64,000 nt of DNA from an uncultured candidate division Zixibacteria bacterium (GCA_963668625.2 CAXXKA010000008.1:1216001-1280000); one strand, 5' to 3'. Shown: positions 9,516-19,677, counted from the first letter of the stretch. Translations and numbers: made by a program. Notes: generated by a model from the sequence alone, not told the origin.

Positions 9516-10427
9516 TCAGCCCGGCTTTTTCACCCGAAGCTTAAGCCCCATGTTCTCGAATAATGCCGTACACAACGCTTTTGCCCAGTAATCGTTGGTG
9601 ACATTGATGACGCCGAATATGATACCATCGGAATAACTCACCAGTATCTTGCCGTTGTCATCAGTGATAGCATACACCGACTTCTCGCCGACTCCCGCCA
9701 TGTGAGTCATAATTCGTCCCTGTTTTTGCAGCACTTTCACGAAAGTATCGTATTCGATATTCGTACGGTTCCTGGCGTAGAACAATCGGGTGGTTTTATC
9801 ATACCTGATATAGTCGGCCGACCAACATGATTCGGGTACGGCATAAGAGTCGAAACCTTTCGGCCAGAATTTGAAACTATGTCCGGCCAGTCGTTTGTCG
9901 GGGAACACATCGAACTGGGTCGGCATCATCTCCGACCCCGGTAACAACCGATCCAGCGATTTCGCCAGCGAGGTAAGGCTTTGCAGTTCGGGCAGGTCAT
10001 CTCCGAAAGTATTGATGGTCATGAAATAGCGGTCCTTGAAATAATAAATGTAACCCTCTCCCAAAAGAGATTGCGTGCCAACGCTGATGTAATTATCATC
10101 CGGCATCCTCTTGCGGGCATATATGCCGAATGCCCCCAGCATATCGGAGAACTCGTATATGTCAACCGAATATGTCATGTTGTTTTTTTTATACTCCACG
10201 CCGGCCGCCTGGGTGATATCGTATGCCAGGTACAGTTCCGCGTTGCCGGCGAATTTTTCGGCAAGTTGTTCCCTGGAGAAAACCCTGATATCCGAGGTTC
10301 GGGTAAAATCGGGGAGTTTGGTGGATAGAACGGTGTTAAAATCGATGGCCGGCAATGATTGATTCTCGTATGAGCAGCCGGCAATCATCAGCGCAAATAT
10401 CATTAAATAACATAGTTTCCTGATCAT
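9516..10427 (-). CDS. Lipoprotein, DUF6599-like
   Basis: Lipobox IAGC. 'G.AELYLAY', 'VDIYEF..LGAFGIY' and 'FKDRYF' motifs. 4-nt overlap with the upstream gene. Confidence 0.6.
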   Translation of the reverse strand: MIRKLCYLMIFALMIAGCSYENQSLPAIDFNTVLSTKLPDFTRTSDIRVFSREQLAEKFAGNAELYLAYDITQAAGVEYKKNNMTYSVDIYEFSDMLGAFGIYARKRMPDDNYISVGTQSLLGEGYIYYFKDRYFMTINTFGDDLPELQSLTSLAKSLDRLLPGSEMMPTQFDVFPDKRLAGHSFKFWPKGFDSYAVPESCWSADYIRYDKTTRLFYARNRTNIEYDTFVKVLQKQGRIMTHMAGVGEKSVYAITDDNGKILVSYSDGIIFGVINVTNDYWAKALCTALFENMGLKLRVKKPG

Positions 10428-12058
10428 TCCGATTTAACCTTTTTCGGGCGATGCATTATCATCTCATTGGCCGGGTTTCTACTTTCGCCTACTGATGATA
10501 CCCGTATCCCTTTCTTACCCTCGATGGGACAGGCGTATTCGCATGCTCCACATCCTATACATTGATTCGGATCGACCTGTGGACGTTTTAGCGTGATAGT
10601 TTTGCCCGCAGGTGTTACTATCGTATCCTCGCGCAGCCTGATAGCTTTTTGGGAGGTGGGACACCATTCCTCGCAAACCAGGCATTCGGTATCGAACGCC
10701 CAGGGGAGACATCTATTTCTATCTACGAATGCCGTACCGATACTGATTTGCCTTTCGCCGTTTTCACCGTGACGTTTCTCTCTTGTCAGCGCCTCGATAG
10801 CGCCGGTGGGGCAGGCCTGACCGCAAAGTACGCAATTATACTCGCAATAACCGATAACCGGAATCAGGTAGGGCGTGAATATTCCCTCCCAGCCGGCCTC
10901 TAAAAGCGTGGGATGGATGGCGTTTGTCGGACAGATTTTCATGCACTGGCCGCAACGGATACATCTGGATAAAAACTCCTCCTCGGCAATAGTGCCGGGG
11001 GGACGAATCAGTTTGGGCTGTGTTTTAAAGCTATCGGTTCCAGAGCGTAATGCAGGCGCCGCCAGAAGCCCGGTCGCACCGGCTAACAATACCTTGCGTC
11101 GGGTTAGCTGCGGTTTGGGTTTATATTTCTTGCTTTGCTCGAAAAAACCAAACGAGAGCGCGTCATGAGGGCAATCCGCCAGGCAGTTAAGGCAGAGATG
11201 ACATTCCGTACGATGGTGCGGCAGGTCTTGATGAGGGTTATCGCCTCCCTGGCATTTCAACAGGCACTTGTTGCAGCCATCACATTTTGACTCATCCTTT
11301 TTCAAGCCGAAAATCGCAAAACTCGACAGTAGTCCCAGACAGGCCCCGAGCGGACAGATTGCCCGACACCAGAAACGGGTATAAATTCTGTTAGCTACTA
11401 TTATTATCAGAAAAATTAAAGCCAGCCAGAATATGCCATGAAAATGTGGTTGCTTATCGGGTAAGAATAATATGCTAAGGCCGCGATGAAGCCCCTCCCC
11501 GAGCCAGGTGAAAACCACGATATCTCCCGACCATAACCAGGTTATGAAGGTTTTTAAAAGCCAGGTAAGCGATGGCAATACCACCATCGAGAGAGAACGC
11601 CCCAGCAGCGAAATCGGATCGAACACCCCGGTTTGAAGGCTTCCCCAGACAGCCATGCCGGCGAATATCAAAAGTAAATAGTATTTCAGGCTCTGGTATG
11701 GTTTGTAGATATTGGATTGCATCAGCCTTTTAGCGCGATGCTCCCGCCTTTCCGATTTAAACGATGAAAAGAAGTGATTCATCGTGCCCAGCGGGCAAAT
11801 CCAGCCGCAGAAATATCGCCCGAATATTATCGTAGTTATCAAAATGATGAATCCCAGCGCAAGCGTACCGTAAATTATCCCGGCAGTTACCGAGGTACCT
11901 ATCAGGTTAAGGGGGTTGATATCGAAAAAGAATTTCAGCCATGAGGGCACCGATTCTTTATCGGGATTATAATTGTATTGTGTGGCGAATACGAAATACA
12001 TGAAAAGGACGAAAAAAAGTGTTTGCGAGATGATTCTGGCTATTCTGTATTTTTTCAA
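10424..12058 (-). CDS. Membrane polyferredoxin, NapH/MauN-like membrane domain fused to a NapG/MauM-like 4Fe-4S domain
   Basis: GRYFCGWICPLG and RFWCRAICPLG motifs, multiple CxxCxxCxxxCP clusters, an internal TRRKVL segment, then IRPPG...CIRCGQC. Confidence 0.88.
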   Translation of the reverse strand: MKKYRIARIISQTLFFVLFMYFVFATQYNYNPDKESVPSWLKFFFDINPLNLIGTSVTAGIIYGTLALGFIILITTIIFGRYFCGWICPLGTMNHFFSSFKSERREHRAKRLMQSNIYKPYQSLKYYLLLIFAGMAVWGSLQTGVFDPISLLGRSLSMVVLPSLTWLLKTFITWLWSGDIVVFTWLGEGLHRGLSILFLPDKQPHFHGIFWLALIFLIIIVANRIYTRFWCRAICPLGACLGLLSSFAIFGLKKDESKCDGCNKCLLKCQGGDNPHQDLPHHRTECHLCLNCLADCPHDALSFGFFEQSKKYKPKPQLTRRKVLLAGATGLLAAPALRSGTDSFKTQPKLIRPPGTIAEEEFLSRCIRCGQCMKICPTNAIHPTLLEAGWEGIFTPYLIPVIGYCEYNCVLCGQACPTGAIEALTREKRHGENGERQISIGTAFVDRNRCLPWAFDTECLVCEEWCPTSQKAIRLREDTIVTPAGKTITLKRPQVDPNQCIGCGACEYACPIEGKKGIRVSSVGESRNPANEMIMHRPKKVKSE

Positions 12059-12075
12059 GACTCCATATCCCTTTA

Positions 12076-13035
12076 TCAGATTTCGATTTCAGCTATTTTA
12101 TCGGGGGTGGGTTTGGCGTTGCCCAGTCCCATCTCCTGGCCAAGAGCGATATATCCGAAATCGCTCGGTTGTTTGCTCAAAAAGCGGGTTGCATAAGCGT
12201 CGGCAGCCACCTGGTCGGTGGATGCGATGATGGTGTTATGCGTTATGACATCATCTATACGCCCGCCGGTTGGGCCGTTGCGTTGAAGCACGCGGGTAGC
12301 ATCCTCAATCGTAAGAGTAGCCGGGAACAGCCGGGTAAGCTCTGCCAGGTTCATATCTATCCCCTGGTGAAGGCGGTTACGCGGTCCGGTCAGCGCTCCG
12401 AACCAGTTTTTCATCGCGCCTGTCATCCCGGAAAGCCCGTGATGTTTTACCACCGGCACGTTGAACAGCTTATCGCATTCGAGTATCGGTTTTAGTACCT
12501 GCCATTTTCCCAGGCTCTCCAGTCCGAAATCTACCTCGGTGAAATCGTTATCACCAGCGATTATGACCTCGGCGCCGCTTTGCTCGGCGGCCTCTTTGAT
12601 TCCCGAACGATTATACGTTCGCCGGGCGCTGTTACAGGTAACATCGATGACAACCACACGACCCGCGCCGGCTTTGAGGCACAACTCCACCAGCTCACTG
12701 ACAACATCGGGGTGAGTGTTGGCGCCTAACTCGGGTGTTCTATCCCAACCGATATTGGGCTTTATACATACATAATCGCCTTTGGACACGAAAGCACCGA
12801 TACCGCCAAGCGCCATGATTGCGGCGGTGGTGATTGCGCGCCAGTCTTTACCTTTGGCCGCAACTAATAGTGGATGAGAGGGATCGATATCTACAGAGTA
12901 ATTTTTAGGTGAATAGATTTTAGATATGATGTCATCCTCGTCTCGGCGGTTACCGAGTAACCATACTCCACCACCGATGACGGCTGTTGCCGCCGCCGCT
13001 TTGGCCGATTGCACGATAAATTCACGTCTTTTCAT
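12076..13035 (-). CDS. DUF362 domain protein with a twin-arginine signal/anchor
   Basis: MKRREF followed by a hydrophobic segment. IKPNIGW, NTHP, NVPVVKHH and GAMKNWFG motifs. Confidence 0.85.
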   Translation of the reverse strand: MKRREFIVQSAKAAAATAVIGGGVWLLGNRRDEDDIISKIYSPKNYSVDIDPSHPLLVAAKGKDWRAITTAAIMALGGIGAFVSKGDYVCIKPNIGWDRTPELGANTHPDVVSELVELCLKAGAGRVVVIDVTCNSARRTYNRSGIKEAAEQSGAEVIIAGDNDFTEVDFGLESLGKWQVLKPILECDKLFNVPVVKHHGLSGMTGAMKNWFGALTGPRNRLHQGIDMNLAELTRLFPATLTIEDATRVLQRNGPTGGRIDDVITHNTIIASTDQVAADAYATRFLSKQPSDFGYIALGQEMGLGNAKPTPDKIAEIEI

Positions 13036-13231
13036 GATGCTCCCAGGCAAGGTTTAGGCGAAAATTTACGGATTTCAAACTGTTTCAAATATGATTATAG
13101 CTTTATTACATCATTGTCAATAATAAAGTTATACGATTATATACGGTTTATCCTACAATTTTATGCGAAATACTTAGTACCTAACCAAATATTAATATCC
13201 CCCTCCAACTCCCGATAGATAATAGAAAGTC

Positions 13232-13260
13232 TTGACATACATAGCGTCAATTCTTATTTT
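13232..13260 (+). promoter_or_regulatory. Sigma70-type promoter of valS
   Basis: TTGACA-17 nt-TATTTT, followed by SD aagga. Confidence 0.6.
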
Positions 13261-13286
13261 TGCGGTCTGATTGAAAGGACATAGTT

Positions 13287-15959
13287 ATGGTCGATATTCC
13301 AAAAGCGTACGATCCGAAGACAGTTGAGGACAGAGTCTACCAGAAATGGCTGGACGCCGGTATTTTCCACGGTGATGTCAATGCCGACAAGAAGTCCTAT
13401 TCAATAGTTATACCGCCGCCGAATGTCACGGATGTTCTGCATATCGGGCATGCCCTGAATAACACTCTTCAGGATATTCTTATCCGCTGGAAGAGGATGC
13501 ACGGGCAGGAGGCCGAATGGCTGCCGGGTGTGGATCATGCCGGTATTGCCACCCAGGTCGTGGTGGAAAAAGCATTAGCCCGCGAGGGACGGTCTCGTCA
13601 CGATATAGGCCGCGAGAAATTCGTTCAGAAAGTATGGAAATGGAAAGAGGATAAATTCGAGCGGATCATTAACCAGTTGAAAAAGATCGGCTGTAGTTGC
13701 GATTGGGATCGAACACGATTCACCATGGATGAGGGCTTATGCAAAGCCGTTATCGAGGTGTTCGTTCAATTGTACGAGAAAGGTCTGATCTATCGCGGCG
13801 AGCGAATCGTGAACTGGTGCCCCGATTGCCTGACCACGCTTTCGGATGATGAAGTCGAGCATGAGGAAATCGATTCTCATCTCTGGTACATTAAGTATAA
13901 GATAAAAGGCTCCGATGAGTTTTTGACCGTGGCCACTACCCGTCCCGAAACCATGCTGGGCGATACGGCCGTGGCGGTTAATCCCGGGGATGAGCGATTC
14001 AAAGACTACATAGGTAAAGCGGCTATCCTGCCGATCATGGATCGCGAGCTGCCGATCGTTGGTGATGAGTATGTCGATATCGAGTTCGGTACCGGCTGTG
14101 TTAAGATCACTCCGGCGCATGATCCCAACGATTTCGATATCGGAATCCGTCACAGCCTGGAGCGTATCAATATCATGAACCAGAATGGTACGTTAAACGA
14201 TAACGCCGGAAAGTATGCAGGTATGGATCGTTACGAAGCGCGCCGTATACTGGTCGAGGAGCTTAAAGAAAAAGGTTATCTCGAGAAGATCGAGGATTAC
14301 AACCTCACCTCGGGTACTTGCTATAGATGTCATACGGTTGTCGAACCGCTCATATCCAAGCAGTGGTTTGTCAAGATGCGCCCCCTGGCCGAGCCGGCGA
14401 TCGCCGCGGTTAAGGAGGGGCGGGTCAAGTTCCATCCCGAGCACTGGGTAAAGACATACCTTCACTGGATGGAGAATGTTCGCGACTGGTGTATCTCCCG
14501 TCAATTGTGGTGGGGGCATCGCATTCCCGTTTACTACTGTGATGATTGCGATGAGGTGATGGTCGCTCGCAGCAAACCCGAAACCTGTGCCCGCTGCGGC
14601 AGCAAGAATATTACGCAGGATAACGATGTGTTAGATACCTGGTTCTCCTCGTGGCTATGGCCATTCTCGACTTTCGGTTGGCCTGATAAAACCCCCGAAC
14701 TGGAGAAATTCTTCCCGACAAGAGCCCTGACAACCGCCTCGGAAATTATCTATCTTTGGGTTGCCAGAATGATTATGGCCTCGCTGGAGTTCATGGGCAC
14801 CGAGCCTTTCGCCGATGTTTACATTCATGGCACGGTCAGGGATGGTGATGGTATCAAGATGTCCAAATCGCTGGGTAACGGTATCGACCCGCTATTGATC
14901 GTTAAAGATTACGGCGCTGATGCTCTTCGTGCCTCGATTATTTTAGCTACGCCCGAGGGGCAGGACCCGCATATATCCGAAAAGACATTCGAGCATGGCC
15001 GTAATTTCGCCAATAAAATTTGGAGCGCCTCGAGATTCGTGCGTATGAACCTGGGCGAGACCAGGCTAACCAAAGATATAGATTTCACCGATGAGAACCT
15101 GGAGATGCCGGATAAGTGGATATTATCCCGTCTGGCAAAATCTATAGGGCTTGTCAATAATTACCTTTCCAGTTTCAAATTCTCCACGGCCGCCAAAGCC
15201 GCTTACGATTTCGCCTGGAACGATTTCTGCAGTAACTACCTGGAAATGATCAAACCTCGCTTGAAACCCGAGAAGAACGGTGATAAGGCCGCTGAAGTCT
15301 CCGCCCGCGCGGCGCGACTGGTAGCCGGTTACGTGCTCACTCGTATTCTCAAGCTGCTGCATCCGTTTATGCCGTTTGTCACCGAGGAGATATGGGGATT
15401 GGTGCTGGAGGATGAGGATAACTCGATGCTGGCCTCGGAGAACTGGCCCGAGCCGAGATTGAAATATATCGATGAGGAACTCGAGGGTTCGATGCAGAAA
15501 GTTATCGAGTTGGCCGAGAAGGTTCGTATCGCCTGTGGTGAACTGGCCGTTCCGCCCGCCAAGAAACCGAAAGTACTGGTCAAATGCGAAAACGATGAAC
15601 TGGTGAAGATTTTCGAAAATCACTCACCGGAGATTCGTAACCTGGCCCGTTCGGGAGAGGTGGAGGTTGGCCGCGATATCACCAAGCCGCCGTTATCGGC
15701 CTCGGCCGTAGTGCCCGGCGCGGAGATTTACATTCCGCTAGAGGGACTTATCGATATCGAGCAGGAGAAAACCAGGCTCGAAAAACAGCTCGAGGAGAAA
15801 ACCGGCTATCGGATCAAACTGGTGAAAAAACTGTCCAACGAGGATTTCGTCAAGCGCGCTCCGGCCGAGGTGGTCGAGTCAGAAAAAGCCAAGCTGATAA
15901 AAACCGAGGAATTGATAGAAAAGTTAAATAAAAACCTTGAATCTCTTTCCGGTTGGTAA
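13287..15959 (+). CDS. valS: Valine--tRNA ligase
   Basis: PPPNVT..LHIGH, DHAGIATQ, TTRPET, DWCISRQLWWGH, KMSKS, C-terminal coiled coil. Confidence 0.98.
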   Translation: MVDIPKAYDPKTVEDRVYQKWLDAGIFHGDVNADKKSYSIVIPPPNVTDVLHIGHALNNTLQDILIRWKRMHGQEAEWLPGVDHAGIATQVVVEKALAREGRSRHDIGREKFVQKVWKWKEDKFERIINQLKKIGCSCDWDRTRFTMDEGLCKAVIEVFVQLYEKGLIYRGERIVNWCPDCLTTLSDDEVEHEEIDSHLWYIKYKIKGSDEFLTVATTRPETMLGDTAVAVNPGDERFKDYIGKAAILPIMDRELPIVGDEYVDIEFGTGCVKITPAHDPNDFDIGIRHSLERINIMNQNGTLNDNAGKYAGMDRYEARRILVEELKEKGYLEKIEDYNLTSGTCYRCHTVVEPLISKQWFVKMRPLAEPAIAAVKEGRVKFHPEHWVKTYLHWMENVRDWCISRQLWWGHRIPVYYCDDCDEVMVARSKPETCARCGSKNITQDNDVLDTWFSSWLWPFSTFGWPDKTPELEKFFPTRALTTASEIIYLWVARMIMASLEFMGTEPFADVYIHGTVRDGDGIKMSKSLGNGIDPLLIVKDYGADALRASIILATPEGQDPHISEKTFEHGRNFANKIWSASRFVRMNLGETRLTKDIDFTDENLEMPDKWILSRLAKSIGLVNNYLSSFKFSTAAKAAYDFAWNDFCSNYLEMIKPRLKPEKNGDKAAEVSARAARLVAGYVLTRILKLLHPFMPFVTEEIWGLVLEDEDNSMLASENWPEPRLKYIDEELEGSMQKVIELAEKVRIACGELAVPPAKKPKVLVKCENDELVKIFENHSPEIRNLARSGEVEVGRDITKPPLSASAVVPGAEIYIPLEGLIDIEQEKTRLEKQLEEKTGYRIKLVKKLSNEDFVKRAPAEVVESEKAKLIKTEELIEKLNKNLESLSGW

Positions 15960-16118
15960 TATATTTACGCCCGCGTTTATTAAACTTGACGTATTCCTGA
16001 TCCGGGCGGGCACAATATAAATTGCTCACAATAGTAACTCGCCGAGAAACGAACTTCACGAGATTTCATCGAGCGGTTTTCGTGGGCACACGATTTTGAA
16101 TAAATACTGCGTTTAGTG

Positions 16119-16145
16119 AGGCGGTTTGATCAAGCCGCCTTTTTT
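16119..16145 (+). terminator. Rho-independent terminator
   Basis: aggcggttt-gatc-aagccgcct followed by a T-run. Confidence 0.85.
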
Positions 16146-16208
16146 ATTTGTACTTGCGGAGTGATATGGCGTTTATTATTTTGTGAGCTATAAGCTAAGG
16201 GGTTAGTT

Positions 16209-18962
16209 ATGGAAAAACTTTCAGCATCACAGTTTGCTCGAAAATTAAAAGATCTTATATGTAATGATACTGATAGGAAAATGGTTTTCTTTCTAGGTTC
16301 AGGCTGCTCAGTAAGTTCAGGTATCGGGGATGCCGCTACGCTTGTGAAAAGGTGGCTGCCTCGTTATAAAAAGATAATAACAGGTGATGAAAAGAATTAC
16401 ATTGAATGGGCAAAAGAAAAGTTTCCGGGATTTAATGGAGAAAATTTATCATTCATCTATAAAGACGTAATGGAAAAACTGTTTCATAGTTTAGAGGAAA
16501 GACAAGCAGAAACAGAGGACATCTGTCGAAATAAAGCTCCGGGATTTGGATACGCGGTTTTAGCGCAATTACTTTCTCACAGTAAGTATGGAAAGCATTG
16601 CAATATTATATTAACAACTAATTTTGATGATATAATGGCTGACGCTCTATATTTATTTACGAATGATAAGCCTTTGGTGATCGTTCATGAGTCTTTGATT
16701 AGCTATGTTAAAATTAATTACACCAGACCTTTAATTGTTAAACTTCATGGAGATGCTAGGATTTATCCAAAACATACAGAGGGTGAAACAACAGACTTTG
16801 AAAAAAATGTAAAAGAAAGTGTTAAAAAATTGCTGGTAGAATCAGGCCTTATTTTTATTGGATATGGAGGCAATGACTCAAGCGTATATAATATAATCAA
16901 TAGTTTGCCGCCCGGTGCGCCGCCAACCGGAATTTACTGGGTTGGGAACTCAATCCCAGACACTGACTTAGGTCGAGAGTTAGTGAAAAGGAATGTCGTG
17001 CATGTTGATCATTTTGATTTTGATGAGTTAATGCTATTTATTAAAAACGAATTTGAGTTAGAAAAGCCAAATAAAAAACGTATTGAGAATATTTTTGATA
17101 ACTATAATGAGAAATTTAAAAATTTAAACAAAAAAATATTTAGTAGACCGGAAACTCCTGAAAATGATGAGCTTGAGAAAGCTGCAGATAAAGCTGCCAA
17201 AGAATTTAAAGACTGGTATTCTGTATTGCTTGAAGCTTCTAAATTTGAGAAATCAGAACCGGATAAGGCTGATAATATCTTCAAAAATGGATTCAAAAAG
17301 TTTCCAGGAAGTGTAGAATTGAATGGAGCTTATGCTATATTTTTAAAGGATATTCGCAAAGACTATGATCGGGCGGAAGAGTATTATAAGAAGGCTTTAG
17401 AGCTTGATCCTGACAATGCCATTGTTCTAGTAAATTATGCTAATTTTTTTCAGAATATTCGCAAAGCCTATGACCGGGCGGAAGACTATTATAAGAAGGC
17501 TTTAGAGCTTGCTCCTGATAGTGCCAATGTTCTAGGAAATTATGCTTTATTTTTACATACTATTCGTAAAGCCTATGACCGGGCGGAAGACTATTATAAG
17601 AAGGCTTTAGAGCTTGATCCTGATAATACCATTGTTCTAGTAAATTATGCTATATTTTTAAAGGATATTCGCAAAGACTATGACCGGGCGGAAGACTATT
17701 ATAAGAAGGCTATAGAGCTTGCTCCTGATAATGCCAGTGTTCTAGGAAATTATGGTAATTTTTTACAGACTATTCGCAAAGACTATGACCGGACGGAAGA
17801 CTATTATAAGAAGGCTTTGGAGCTTGATTCAGATAATGCCAGTATTCTTGGCAATTATGCATTATTCTTACATGAAATTCGTGGAGACTTTAACCGGGCG
17901 GAAGACTATTATAAGAAGGCTTTGGAGCTTGATTCAGATAATGCCAGTATTCTTGGCAATTATGCATTATTCTTACATGAAATTCGTGGAGACTTTAACC
18001 TAGCAGAAGAGTATTATAGGAAATCTATAGAGCTTGCTCCTGATAATGCCATTGTTCTAGGAAATTATGCTATATTTTTAAAGGATATTCGCAAAGGCTT
18101 TGAGCAGGCGGAAGACTATTATATGAAGGCTTTGGAGCTTGCTCCTGATAATGCCAGTGTTCTAGGAAATTATGCTAATTTTTTACAGACTATTCGCAAA
18201 GCCTATGACCGGGCGGAAGACTATTATAAGAAGGCTTTAGAGCTTGCTCCTGATAATGCCAATGTTCTAGGAAATTATGCTAGCTTTTTAGATGATATTC
18301 GTAAAGACTATGACCGGGCGGAAGACTATTATAAGAAGGCTTTGGAGCTTGCTCCTGATAATGACAATGTTCTAGTAAATTATGCTATCTTTTTAGATGA
18401 TATTCGTAAAGACTACGACCGGGCGGAAGACTATTATAAGAAGGCTTTGGAGCTTGATCCTAATAATGCCAGTGTTCTAGGAAATTATGCTATATTTTTA
18501 AAGGATATTCGCAAAGCCTATGACCGGGCGGAAGACTATTATAAGAAGACTATAGAGCTTGATCCTGATAATGCCAATAATCTAGGCAACTATGCAGGCT
18601 TTTTACTAGCTCAAGGGAGGCGTGATGAGGGCAAGGAGTATCTTTTTAGAGCGATGAATGACGCTGCAATCCGAGATTTAATCTTAGAATGCAAATTCTA
18701 TTATTATGTGCATATTGATTTTGGCAGTGAGCAGAATATCTATTTAAAAGAAATTAAGAAGTTAATATTAGATAATATTAGATCGCCTAACTTCAACCTT
18801 ACCGATAATGTCAACCGCGCTATTAAGGATGGCCACCCGGAGCCGGAGTTCTTGAAACTGCTGGCTAAGGTTATAGCTGATGAAGTGGATGCTAAAGAGT
18901 TGGATAAATTCGAGGTTTGGCGTAATACCACTATTGATGGTGAAGATGAATCTAAGCAGTAA
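16209..18962 (+). CDS. SIR2-like (SIR2_2) domain protein with a TPR repeat array; putative NADase defence/sensor protein
   Basis: [22 protein letters not shown] and FIGYGGND sirtuin motifs, then twelve 35-aa TPR-like repeats. Visibly AT-richer than the flanks. Confidence 0.88.
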   Translation: MEKLSASQFARKLKDLICNDTDRKMVFFLGSGCSVSSGIGDAATLVKRWLPRYKKIITGDEKNYIEWAKEKFPGFNGENLSFIYKDVMEKLFHSLEERQAETEDICRNKAPGFGYAVLAQLLSHSKYGKHCNIILTTNFDDIMADALYLFTNDKPLVIVHESLISYVKINYTRPLIVKLHGDARIYPKHTEGETTDFEKNVKESVKKLLVESGLIFIGYGGNDSSVYNIINSLPPGAPPTGIYWVGNSIPDTDLGRELVKRNVVHVDHFDFDELMLFIKNEFELEKPNKKRIENIFDNYNEKFKNLNKKIFSRPETPENDELEKAADKAAKEFKDWYSVLLEASKFEKSEPDKADNIFKNGFKKFPGSVELNGAYAIFLKDIRKDYDRAEEYYKKALELDPDNAIVLVNYANFFQNIRKAYDRAEDYYKKALELAPDSANVLGNYALFLHTIRKAYDRAEDYYKKALELDPDNTIVLVNYAIFLKDIRKDYDRAEDYYKKAIELAPDNASVLGNYGNFLQTIRKDYDRTEDYYKKALELDSDNASILGNYALFLHEIRGDFNRAEDYYKKALELDSDNASILGNYALFLHEIRGDFNLAEEYYRKSIELAPDNAIVLGNYAIFLKDIRKGFEQAEDYYMKALELAPDNASVLGNYANFLQTIRKAYDRAEDYYKKALELAPDNANVLGNYASFLDDIRKDYDRAEDYYKKALELAPDNDNVLVNYAIFLDDIRKDYDRAEDYYKKALELDPNNASVLGNYAIFLKDIRKAYDRAEDYYKKTIELDPDNANNLGNYAGFLLAQGRRDEGKEYLFRAMNDAAIRDLILECKFYYYVHIDFGSEQNIYLKEIKKLILDNIRSPNFNLTDNVNRAIKDGHPEPEFLKLLAKVIADEVDAKELDKFEVWRNTTIDGEDESKQ
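17331..18590 (+). repeat. Intragenic tandem array, 12 x 105 bp plus a degenerate 13th unit
   Basis: The Tyr codon of (N)YA recurs at 17331, 17436, 17541 ... 18486, 18591. The core gaagactattataagaaggct..agagcttg is nearly invariant. Confidence 0.95.
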
Positions 18963-18979
18963 TTATTTATAGATCAACT

Positions 18980-19582
18980 ATGCAAACCCTCTCCCAAATC
19001 ACCGAACCCGAGGTTATCCTCGAGTTCCTCAATGCCGAGATCGGCTCGCCCAGGTGGGCCTCAGAGCTTGAACAGCTATTGCAGCAGGAGGGATATGATA
19101 AGTCGCTGATATCAAGGGGCGATACCTCGGACGATACAGAGAATGCTGTTCGCAAGGAGATACTATATCAGTTCCGTGACTGCGAGGATAAACGTCATTT
19201 CCATGGATTGCCGGAGGATATCGTCTGGCATACCACATTGCTATCCGGGGAGGATATTGCCAAGCTTCGATATATGAACTATCCGTTCTGGGTGAATCTA
19301 TCAGGCTGGTCTCGACTCGCTATTGAGGGTGCCGGTAATCTCGAGCGCGCGGGTGTCCGCTCCGATTTAGTTAATCATATTAAACAGACCGCAAAACTTA
19401 TCATCGAGCGGGAAACTCTTCCGAGAATAATACTGCTGGCTAAAAGCATAAAGGACGATCCGGTGATATTAGAGGGGCATATACGAGCTACCGCGTATTG
19501 CTTGAATATCGAGAAGATGTCTGGAAGTATCGAGGCGATTGTCGGCTACTCGAAAAATATCGAAAGCTGGAAATGGTATTGA
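18980..19582 (+). CDS. Hypothetical protein with a ParB/Srx-like motif
   Basis: 200-aa ORF. 'PRIILL...VILEGHIRATAY' resembles the ParB/sulfiredoxin [DE]GxxR motif. Confidence 0.55.
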   Translation: MQTLSQITEPEVILEFLNAEIGSPRWASELEQLLQQEGYDKSLISRGDTSDDTENAVRKEILYQFRDCEDKRHFHGLPEDIVWHTTLLSGEDIAKLRYMNYPFWVNLSGWSRLAIEGAGNLERAGVRSDLVNHIKQTAKLIIERETLPRIILLAKSIKDDPVILEGHIRATAYCLNIEKMSGSIEAIVGYSKNIESWKWY

Positions 19583-19621
19583 TAAGCATTTGCTTACACT
19601 GACTGACTACTGATAATTGAC

Positions 19622-19652
19622 GGATTGCTTCGTCCGCTTCGCTACCTCGCAA
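19622..19652. repeat. REP-like element (GATTGCTTCGTC...CTCGCAA class)
   Basis: ggattgcttcgtccgcttcgctacctcgcaa, with a related copy at 20218-20247. Confidence 0.55.
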
Positions 19653-19677
19653 CAACAGGTTTATCAAACGGCAAGAG

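Noticed and set aside
17331-18590. Regular repeats suggesting a CRISPR array or a DGR template/variable pair
   Set aside because: The units are in-frame 105-bp coding repeats without unique spacers. There is no cas or reverse transcriptase gene in the window, and the differences are not adenine-specific.
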